Of a stretch of 64,000 nucleotides of DNA, positions 27,771 through 38,382 are shown one piece after another. The translations under genes and the position numbers were made by a program. The notes beneath the pieces are model-generated. The model saw only the letters and a program-made list of their open reading frames with translations. It was not told the DNA's origin and ran no database searches. This DNA comes from Balanoglossus misakiensis (taxonomy: Eukaryota; Animalia; Hemichordata). Numbering within the stretch: position 1 is the first letter of the stretch; each line of letters starts with the position of its first letter. The DNA lies in assembly GCA_040954595.2 (NCBI GenBank), contig CM082581.2, positions 6,068,699 to 6,132,698 on the forward strand. The letters run 5' to 3'.

Positions 27771-30700
27771 GCACGCAAAGTGCTTACGTCAGTTTACCAA
27801 TAACGTTTAAGGAGGCTGTCTGGTATACTATAACCATCACCAGAACTGGTCTGCATGTGCCAGACGACCAAAATGTGCCACGATCTCGCAAATTGGCAGT
27901 GTTATACTACATTGTATGGTGTGAACAGAGTTCCTGCGAACACGACTTCTTTTCGCCAAACCTGTTGTACCTTAAGAACGCTCTGTGTACATTGGTATCA
28001 AACTCTGCACCAGTCTCGGAGTATTACTTGAGTGACAGACTCTTACGTCGCTACGAATCATCATTCGCAAGCGTGACGTTGTCAATAATGTTCGTTTATT
28101 CAACCACCCGACTGCATTTAGGCACAGACCAATCCCGTCCTGGAGGATTCCAAGGTTACTTATCTCAGAGTTTGTTTATCTATATTATATGTAAATAACA
28201 AGCTTTCCACTTTTGATTTATTTGTTATATGATTAATTTTCGTTTATCTATTATCCATTTAAGACTGTAAAAGTAAAGCGAGTTCCAATGCCCATTTCTG
28301 GCATTGGTGAAAAAAAAATAAAATAAGTTTTACATTCTCCACATTCTCTGTAACGTTGGAGTAGAGGAACATTTCACGTGCTTCTCTTCTTATCAACGTG
28401 TATCATTTCACATGACCTTAAGTATGCTGTGTTCCAAACCGTATGCAAAGCCAATAATTTGCTACGAAAAGTTGCAGCACTTGTTGAGAATCCACACAAG
28501 CTCCCATTGTGAGAAATATTGGATTGTTAAATGGAGGTACATGTATGTTGTCAGATAAACGAGATTTTCTTCGGTTTTATCGTGACGCACACAAATACAA
28601 TTCACACAAAACATTGAAGCAACATTTGAAGGGAACTAGGTAATTATTTCATTTATTGTATACTCAATGTCTGTATATATGATAGATTTAAACGGTTTCG
28701 CTTTTGTGAATTACATCACATTTGAGGTGTATCACACCCAACTTTGTGGAGATGTATATGTGTCGGTATGTAAAAGAGAAAAAATAAAAACAAAACAGCA
28801 GCAAAATTCCCTTTAATTCTTTGTCGCATTATTGTACTCCAAAAACTTGTGTTAAGGGGGGGGGGGTCTTTCATCAAACGAAATTAGTTTCGTTTGCCGT
28901 GTTTTGTCATTAATCAGGAACTCCTACGCTTATACCTAAGAATACTTCGCACATGGTCTTGTCATATGTGTCTTTTGACGCGAGAAAAATTTAAGTGAAT
29001 AGTCGACAGTTCAAGCAGAAAGATTTTATTGCATAAAGTCATTGTCATGAAATAAAATTTAACATTTCAAGAAACTTAGACTGATTTCAGTAGCAATACT
29101 GAACTTTGCTCGAATGTGTGCACATTACAAAACTCCTTAATTGAAAAATAAGAAAAATTGCCCTTATTTTTGATACAAAATATATTTTGGCTGCCCTTTT
29201 TAAAGAAACGAAAATAAAAAAGTAACTTGTTTTTCGAATACAGCGAACATACTTGGTTAGTGTATAGTGGTAGGTCGGGTATTATAGTCAAATGCTGACA
29301 ATGTCATGGATGGGATGAAGGTACATGTAAGGCTGGCCATGCCCTTTTTGTCATGGGACGGTTTCATCAATCGCTGGACGGCAAAAGGTCCTTCCTGCGC
29401 AGTGTTCGTTTCTATACTTCTCAAACGCTATGTGGGTTTCATGTGTCAGCGAAAAACGCCATTTCTTTACAGCCACAACGCAAAACAATGGATGGAAACA
29501 GTGGATGGAAATTTGAAAAGCCGAAGGCTGTCGTGTGACAACTTCGAGCTTAAAGTGACGGTAGAATATCTGTGGCAGGCGTGAATTTTTGCTCAAACAG
29601 TACCGGAGTATTGTAAGAACGGACGTATCTGTGGGTAAGATAAGGCATTTTTTGGTCTCTTTGACTTGATCTCTTGACTAAATACTGTTTTCAGTGGCAA
29701 GCAAATTTGGCTCTGAAACTAGTGAAAAGTAAACGTCTGGGTACATGTAAACACACAAAATACTGTACATAAATTATAAATCATTGACAATTAAATGTTA
29801 CCTGATTACAGAAAAAGGCACAACTTTTTTCTCCAGAAAACGGAAATAAACAGCGGTCAAACAAGACCCCGAACTACTCAGACATGGCACATTTGATTAC
29901 ATGTATGAGTTTGTTTGAGGTCGTGGTCTAGCTGTCAGTAATTGTGGAAATATGGTTTGCACGTCCAGCGTGCAGGGATGAAAATTTCAAGCACAATTAC
30001 CACGAGCGCATTTGAAGCAGACTATGTACCAAACTCTGCCACATCTACCCCCCCCCCCCTTCTCACTAAAATTACACTTTCGTTCAGTGCCGAGGACGAT
30101 AAAGCACTTTTATCATGGGACGGCACTCCCATGGAATTAAGCCCATGTGAAATCTAACGGTTAATTCTGCCAACCGCGACACGAATCTTATATCATAGTC
30201 TGTTCTCGTGGTAGATGTGCTCTTGTTTTTGTAACATACAAATTCAGATAAAAAACGCTCGATTATGAAATATCCGATAATAAGTGTGTAAAAATATAAT
30301 CTTAGATAATTTGTCAATAGTTCGATCACCGCACTATAAGTACAGTCCATAGGAAAGTTCAATACATCAAATCTCCCTGATACAATACTGCATTAGATTT
30401 CGTTGGCAAGATAACGAGTGAGTTAAAACTTTGTAAAAGTTTCAACTGGCAGAGCATTACAATCTTTTTTAGGAACTGCAAGCTTGTAAACATTTGAATG
30501 GTTAAAGGCAACCTCTACAAATCAAGATGTTGGTATGCTTGGTTTTGTCTATATCTGTCTCTTTTAGGATAAATATTAATTAACGTGGCAAAGCTGTTTT
30601 CAGCAACCGTACCCCGCATGCCAAAATGCAACATTGAGTATATTTCAGTGAATCGAAACTGAAATGATCAAAATTATGTCAAAAATGACAAATGTTGTCC

Positions 30701-31184
30701 CTTTAAGGAGACGGTTACGATTAAAGCATAGTACACCGTGATTGTCCCTTTAATCAATACTGTAATAACTCTCGTAAATGTCAAAGCTGCTCGGCTAACT
30801 CACATTTTGACAAAACTTACAACGAGCATTAATTGGTCACCGAAGATTTTACAACACGCGGAAGTCCTTGAAGTTGTATTGTCTGTTGTAAAATCTTTAA
30901 AGGCGGCTGTCATGGTTGACACTGGGAAATAATTTGTCAAGCACCAATTATATAAAAATATATATATGCATATTTCTTCGTATCCTAGGCTGGAGATGTT
31001 GTGATTCTGTCCTTTCCGAGTTGAAATGCGAACACCGTCTGCAAGTCGATGCGTCCAGTTTTGGAAATATCGTTCTTGCCCGGCGCGTATATTGCATAAG
31101 GAACGTGCACTGTTGTAGTTCGGTAACACGCAGTTATCGCTCGCCCGTCCACCACATGGCACCGGACGTTGGAAATATACAACA

Positions 31185-31489
31185 TCACACAGTGCCATAC
31201 ACACGCACGACCCCCGGGCAGAATTTGAAGTGCAGTTTCCCCCGGCACTTCTCCATCACCTTCTTCTTTTTGTAGTCCCTCATGGCGCGCGCCATTTTCT
31301 GATACGTCATCAGTTTCTTGTGGCCCTTCTCCCGCCCCCATTGGTTGGCGATGGACTCCTTCTCTCTGCTCACAAACCGGAAGAGGCCCTCAGATCGGTT
31401 GATCCAGCGAACGCAGTGTTTGAACTCGCCACCGTCGAGGTGTTCCAACAGGAATTTCCAAAGTATCTTCTTCTTCTTTTTCTTCGGTT
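31185..31489 (-). CDS. Spi/PU.1-type ETS factor paralog B (PNT + AT-hook + ETS, about 304 aa), terminal exon (ETS domain)
   Basis: ctag|[83 protein letters not shown]..GTV*; same 305-nt coding length and phase as paralog A. Confidence 0.95.
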
Positions 31490-31712
31490 CTAGACCCAAA
31501 ATAAAACCACCAGAAAGCATGTATAAATGAACATGATAAAACGTTTGAAACCGACTTTCATGTTGTGGATTACTTGATCGTGAACAAAAAAGACAAAATC
31601 AGTACGGAGTCTCAGCTGAGTCACATTAAAGATGTTGACGACGCCACTATTCAGGATTTTCCATCAGAATATTTGATTATTTCATAACTACGGTATTCAA
31701 CACTCGGCTTAC

Positions 31713-31827
31713 CTCCTTCCGGCCGGTATTTGCGTGGCCTTCCCCTTTTCCTCTTGACAGGTTGTTCCGTCGACCCATCATACTTCAAAGTTTCCTTAGG
31801 GACGGATAGTGATGACATCATCATAAA
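31713..31827 (-). CDS. ETS paralog B, coding exon 5 (AT-hook)
   Basis: ttgcag|FMMMSSLSVPKETLKYDGSTEQPVKRKRGRPRKYRPEG|gtaagc; phase 0/1. Confidence 0.9.
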
Positions 31828-32356
31828 CTGCAAACACAAGAAAAACGTCAACTTCATCAGTAAAGTAATGACCCAGGGTTGTCTGGTGTACTCAGTAATG
31901 CAAACACTCCAACTATTTTCGATTTAAGAAATAAAAAGAAGACGTTTCTCCTCTACATACGGTTTATAACATTGTATAGACAAAACTGCCATTTTGACCA
32001 GTGAAATTGTCCAGTGCTCGACTCATTATAATAGCTGTGCTTCACTACAGTTCCATGAATAGCAAAATAAGAATACGCCATTTTCATGACCCCTACATGA
32101 CCTTACATCCTCGTACTTCCGTTGTCAAAATTCTCCATCAGGTTGACTAAACCTCTACAAAAACTCTTAAATTGCAAGTGAAGTCAATAATCTACGTACT
32201 GAATTACAAAAGAGACTCTTTTTCAAGCCTCATTTAAGATGTTTCTTGTCCCACAATGGTGAATTTTGACAACGCAATACCAACGGAAGTACAAGGATGT
32301 AAGGTCATCTGGGGGTCATGAAAGTGACCTATTGCAAACAAAGATGTCTGTCTTAC

Positions 32357-32415
32357 TTCAGTCTCGGGAAAGACAACAGCACTGGCGTCGAAATCATGGC
32401 AGTTGTCAGGCGTTT
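32357..32415 (-). CDS. ETS paralog B, coding exon 4 (short linker)
   Basis: ttttccag|ETPDNCHDFDASAVVFPETE|gtaaga; phase 1/0 bridges the flanking exons. Confidence 0.82.
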
Positions 32416-32540
32416 CTGGAAAACAAACTGAGAAAAAAGACACACATCAGATAATTTGCTTTGAAGGAGGACTGAACCACAAAATAATCAAAGAATACTG
32501 CCATTTTAATAAACCCCAAACCATAGAGGGTTCGAATTAC

Positions 32541-32747
32541 CTGTGATCCAACATTCTAGATAACCCCTGATGATATCCGCGTCTTTACCAAAACTCTCCC
32601 GGAACTCTCCTTCTGACAAGGAGCATAGCGTGCTTCCATTCATTCCAATTTCGCCGGCCAGTGACGGGATGTTGTTGTCCAAGGCAAGCCTCTCATTCAC
32701 AAATCCTAAAAAAGTCACTACGTCATGTACATCCCATTCATAACAAT
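32541..32747 (-). CDS. ETS paralog B, coding exon 3 (Pointed/SAM domain)
   Basis: tttcag|CYEWDVHDVVTFLGFVNERLAL...MNGSTLCSLSEGEFRESFGKDADIIRGYLECWIT|gtaatt; phase 1/1. Confidence 0.9.
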
Positions 32748-32776
32748 CTGAAACAATAAACAAACACACTGTTGTT

Positions 32777-34055
32777 GAAAATTCGCAAAGTCGAAAAATT
32801 GTCATTTTTGGATGATTTTCATGAGCTATAACCCATGATTTTTTCAAAAAATGACGAAATTTTGAAAATTCGCAAAGTCGAAAAATTGTCATGTTTGGAT
32901 GATTTTCATGAGCTATAACCCATGATTTTGTTTCAAAAAAGACGAAATTTTGAAAATTCGCAAAGTCGAAAAATTGTCATTTTTGGATGATTTTCATGAG
33001 CTATAACCCATGATTTTTTTCGAAAAATGACGAAATTTTGAAAATTCGCAAAGTCGAAAAAATTTCATTTTTGGATGATTTTCATGAGCTATAACCCATG
33101 ATTTTTTTCAAAAAATGAAGAAAATTTGAACTTTCGCAATGTTGAAAAATTGTCATTTTTGGATGATTTTCATGAGCTATAACCCATGATTTTTTCAAAA
33201 AATGACGAAATTTTGAAAATTCGCAAAGTCGAAAAATTGTCATTTTTGGATGATTTTCATGAGCTATAAGCCATGATTTTTTCAAAAAATGACGAAATTT
33301 TGAAAATTCGCAAAGTCGAAAAATTGTCATTTTTGGATGATTTTCATGAACTATAACCCATGGTTTTTTTCAAAAAATGACGAAATTTTGAAAATTCGCA
33401 AAGTCGAAAAATTGTCATTTTGGATGATTTTCATGAGCTATAACCCATGATTTTTTCAAAAAATGACGAAATTTTGAAAATTCGCAAAGTCGAAAAATTG
33501 TCATTTTTGGATGATTTTCATGAGCTATAACCCATGGTTTTTTTCAAAAAATGACGAAATTTTGAAAATTCGCAAAGTCGAAAAATTGTCATTTTTGGAT
33601 GATTTTCATGAGCTATAACCCATGATTTTTTCAAAAAATGACGAAATTTTGAAAATTCGCAAAGTCGAAACATTGTCATTTTTGGATGATTTTCATGAGC
33701 TATAAGCCATGATTTTTTCAAAAAATGACAAAATTTTGAAAATTCGCAAAGTCGAAAAATTGTCATTTTGGGGTGATTTTCATGAGCTATAACCCATGAT
33801 TTTGTTTCAAAAAAGACGAAATTTTGAAAATTCGCAATGTCGAAAAATTGTCATGTTTGGATGATTTTCATGAGCTATAAACCATGATTTTTTTCAAAAA
33901 ATGACGAAATTTTGAAAATTCGCAAAGTCGAAAAATTGTCATTTTTGGATGATTTTCATGAGCTATAACCCATGTTTTTTTTCAAAAAATTACGAAATTT
34001 TGAAAATTCGCAAAGTCGAAAAATTGTCACTTTTGGATGATTTTCATGAGCTATA
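32777..34055. repeat. Tandem array of an AT-rich ~87-bp unit (about 14.7 copies), flanked by a 61-bp direct repeat
   Basis: Unit gaaaattcgcaaagtcgaaaaattgtcatttttggatgattttcatgagctataacccatgattttttcaaaaaatgacgaaatttt; 15 unit starts spaced 86-88 bp apart. Flanks 32716-32776 and 34056-34116 match with 2 mismatches. Confidence 0.97.
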
Positions 34056-34307
34056 CACTACGTCAAGTACATCCCATTCAAAACAATCTGAAACAATAAA
34101 CAAACACACTGTTGTTTTCTGGGAACGTGACTACGATTAACAAAATAATTTCAGATTGAGGCGACAGAATAAATTTGACCACTGAAACGTTCAAATATGT
34201 GAATTCTCTACATGTATCTTCACATTTTTGAAAAGGCAACGGTGTTAGAAAGCTAGACGTCAACAACAGTCATGTGATAAAAGTACTGTCATGTGAGATA
34301 AACTTAC

Positions 34308-34374
34308 TGTAATGTATCATCTTGCTCAAGTTTTCGATATCTGAGGTAATTGTAGCACAGAACAAATCTTCGAT
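34308..34374 (-). CDS. ETS paralog B, coding exon 2
   Basis: ttccattacag|IEDLFCATITSDIENLSKMIHY|gtaagt; phase 0/1; matches exon 2 of paralog A. Confidence 0.83.
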
Positions 34375-35639
34375 CTGTAATGGAAAAGAAACAAGTGCAC
34401 AAACAGAACAGTTATTTTACAATGCAGCTTCCATTTCCATGTTATTTACTAGTAAATGGGATAAAAAGATCAATGAAAAATTAACGAATGGATTCAATTG
34501 TGGCGTTAGAGTGAAATCTCAATAAGAGGAAATATACCTATCTATACCCAATATATTGCTACCTATCCACACCTTACAATACCAACCCATCTATACGCTG
34601 ACAGACTACTTACGTATAATTACTGACAAATGTACCCGCATGTACACACATACAAGCGCGCGCTCGATAACCCCTGGTTCATACATGTAATGTACCACTA
34701 TTGGTATCCGTGTGTCAATGTAAAGGGGAACTAATGCCACTTTACTTTTGCGGAAACAAACTCTGATATTTACCAAAGTTGTTCATTGTGCTATTGTGAT
34801 TCCCTATATTGTACTTCCAAATTCCATAAAAGGTTTATCTCAAATTCGATCGCGTGGTTTACGTTGCTAGAAATATAGAAGTTCAAATTTAGTAATAATA
34901 AGCACATTCTTTAACTACCACAGTATTTTAATAGTCAAGCTTGATTATAGCATGCAGGCAATATGTTCGACGTGACTTCCCTTCGCGAATAAAACAATGT
35001 CGTGGGGGGGGGGGGGGGGGTCACGACGATCATTAATGGCCATACTTGTAATATAGTTTACGACATAACAAACAGAGATTGCCAGGGTAATTAATTGTAT
35101 CAATCCCGGAGTGTCGAGTGTGACTTCTAAACTATGGTGGCGCTCTTGTTATATGACTATGAGCTGCAACGTTACATCACGATAATTACGAAAGGACAGC
35201 ATTCACTGACCAATAGCACTCGTGACTGTGGTCGTAAAATGGTAATTTCACGAGTTGACCCATATGTTGGCCGAAAACAGAATCCACCCACACAACCAGG
35301 GATTTCCCCAGGAGACTTCCGCTCTGCGGTTTCCAGGAAACCCACGCCGAGACTTCTGCAGAACAGCACTAAACACCCGAGGTATTGCGAATCATGCACA
35401 GCTCGATTTGACACTCTTCGGAGCAACACCTTCGATACCTTGCCCTTGAAACCTCGTTTTTTAAATAAACATTCTTTTGGTAAAAGAAGGTAACTTGGCG
35501 TCGTACGCCTGGCATACAATGTTTCTACTGTAAACTTTCCCCTGATCTCTGCCCTTCATTCTGAGACCCGTTACCCTGTTTCCATTATGTCTTTCACTAA
35601 TTTGGATGTTATTTTGCTATCTGACCAAGAAAGTTAAGG

Positions 35640-35698
35640 AAGAAGAGAAGGAGGGGGGAGGAGAGGGAGGAGGAGGAGGAGGAGGAGGAGGAGGAGGG
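35640..35698. repeat. (GAG)n purine tract
   Basis: Directly visible. Confidence 0.85.
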
Positions 35699-35923
35699 TG
35701 GACATCAAAGACAACTTGAAATTTACTGAAATATAACTCAGGACTTTATATTAAACGTGGAAAACATTTAAAAAATAGAACTATGAAACCACATGCCAAT
35801 ATAGGAGCCAATAATAATGCTAGGTATACAAGGTACAATTGTTCTAGTTTCCCATATCTTCTTAATTGCGACTGCTTTTTTCTGTCATCACTCGAATTAA
35901 ACTCCAAAAACGAGAATACTCAC

Positions 35924-36085
35924 TGTCAATCGATGCATTTTGTCGTCGACGTCACCTACACGATGGATTCCGAGGTCGCATTCGTCATCAAAGGGTACAC
36001 TCTGAGGCAGGCTGACATTGTCTAACGGCATCAAAGTCGAGTCCATGCACTCTTCGTAGAGAAAGAACTCAGCAGCTGCGGGCAT
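35924..36085 (-). CDS. ETS paralog B, coding exon 1
   Basis: Acceptor ccttttag (exon from 36129), ATG at 36085, MPAAAEFFLYEECMDSTLMPLD...DDKMHRLT|gtgagt; phase 0. Acidic, possibly an activation region. The frame is open up to the acceptor, so the start may be further upstream. Confidence 0.72.
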
Positions 36086-38235
36086 CGTTGCGGTCCTACG
36101 GTGACAGCGTTGTCCCAGTCTATCAAAACCTAAAAGGGAAATAGACGCTTTGAAAATGCAGTAGTCGATTGTGTTTTTTTCTTTTATATTCGGGTTAGTG
36201 TACGGTTTCCAAACTTGGGCACTGCTGCTCACTATAGTCAATAATTAACCGCATTCCAAGCGGTGACACACGCTATACGCAACGATTTTTTGAGTGGATG
36301 TATCTGTGGAGAGCAACCCCCCCCCCCCTTCAGCCTAAGCGGAGAATACTGGCAGTGGGGTAACATAGGAAAATGGTCGAAAATTCTACAGCGATATAAC
36401 TAGAAGTCATCTCGCCTTGACAGACTCCAGGGAGCTGTCAGCTGTACCTACCAACGTCACTCCGCACATTACACCATGCAAGTGGCCTATATGTCGCGAC
36501 ACAGCACACTCACCACCAATGCATAATGCCTAATGGCCCGATGCTGAAGTTTCCCCCGTAATATACGCTAATCTGTTACCTATATATGTCGTCCGTAAAC
36601 CGCGTACCTAGCACTGAACCAGTTGCTGGTGTCGATATCCCAATTTAATGGCACCTATCGGCCTATCACAATGCGCAGTGGGTTTGTTGTGTTTCAGTTC
36701 TATGGCAACTATCTAACGGTTCTCCCGGCAAGGTAGATTTCTAGTGGATTACCGAATAAATTGTACTGTTTTTTATATCGGTGAAATTTTAATAATGTTA
36801 CGGCCCCTCAGTAGCAACAATGGGGTTATTCATAATAAGTTGGAAGGAATTATGTAATTACAATGTGTGTCACGCACAATACAAGGCGTGGCGAGTAGGA
36901 TGGAAAGAAAAGGGAATATTACCTCTATAGACTAATTTAGACCACAATCGTGTACGACCAGTTCCTGGAGGATTAATATCGGCCACTGTTTTTATTTCTG
37001 TGTTTCGTTTAGCTGGTGTAAAATGATTCGCCTTTGTATATTACTGTTTTTAACTAATCTGTGTTGTTTTTAATTTTTTATTACATGCTCATTCGAAACA
37101 GTTTCAATCTTAATATTTTGAAAGGTTGTCAAGAACATGCAATGCCAAGCACACGACTCACAATCTAGTAAAAAAAAGTCGGCGATTTTCGTTGCATTTC
37201 AGGTGATTGATGTCGGATTTTTGCAAAGTTAACTTAGCATGGTATAATTTGTGTTTTGAAATTTATATTATAAAAGAATTAAGAATTTTATACTCTTCTA
37301 TAGTTGATTCACGAGCTCGACAAAAGTACTCCAAGTTCGCTTTTCTTTCTTCAGATTTAAAAGTTCGGTAGAAAACGATTCTGTGTCAACAAGGCCAAGT
37401 TGGTCTCCTGTAAGCGTGAGGCGATTGGCCTGAGTAGTTCAAATTATAGTGTGATCTTAGCCTAACAACAAGACGTGGGATTATTCTGTGATAACTGCAT
37501 GAATATTGTTGAAAAGTTGCTGAAAATGTGCATCACTTCTATCATACTATGTGCCCGGCCAACTCAAGAGAATTAATATAACATGTCAGATCGTCCGGTT
37601 AAGTTGCCGATTTCTTGCCTCTGATGAAAAACAAAAACAAATTCGTCTTCAATCAGTCTTACTCGCGTTGGTAGCACTACTGTTATTAAAACAGCCACGA
37701 AAGTCTCTCCTCGTCTGCCCAGATGTGATCTACACATGTACTTGTAGGCTCCACAGTAGACTTGCTCCAAGTCTATGGGCTTCATTATGTGTAGGGAACC
37801 CGAAACCACAAGCGCAGTCCCAAATTCGAAACTCACCTCACTACCAAAAACACGCTCAAGGCAAGCATGCACGCAAAAAGTATTGAAATTATTTATTATG
37901 ACAAAAAAAAACACCGAAAACACAAAAGTATTGAGATTTAAAAATCACAAAGCTCCACAGGGACATACATGATTGTACGACAAGTATACTCCGAGTTCTT
38001 CTTCATCGCAGTTTTACTCTACATTTTAACAATGATCCAATTATCCCACAATAGTTTGCTTTGGAAAAAAATAAAGGAAAAAAAGAAGAATAGTGAAGCA
38101 AGTGGAAAGGAAACCGTGCGAGGGAAATTCCTACAATTTCAACCGTGACCATCTCCGAATAACCACAGCCCGAAAACTAAGAAAAGCTACTCCGATCATC
38201 GAGAAAATCCGATCAATGAACAGTAAGTTACATAG

Positions 38236-38382
38236 ATGGATGGATGGATGGATGGATGGATGGACAATTAAATCCAAAACGACTAGTACAGACAATAATA
38301 TCAAATCAGATATACATTAACGAACAGAGAGGGGGGAGGTGGAGAGAGAGAGAGGGAGAGAGAGAGAAAGAGGGAGAGAGAG
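38236..38382. repeat. Short (GGAT)n and (GA)n tracts
   Basis: Directly visible. Confidence 0.75.

Noticed and set aside
32777-34055. CRISPR-like or coding interpretation of the array (MTIFRLCEFSKF ORFs)
   Set aside because: There are no unique spacers and the context is eukaryotic; the ORFs arise because 87 bp is 29 codons, and they break wherever the unit length changes.
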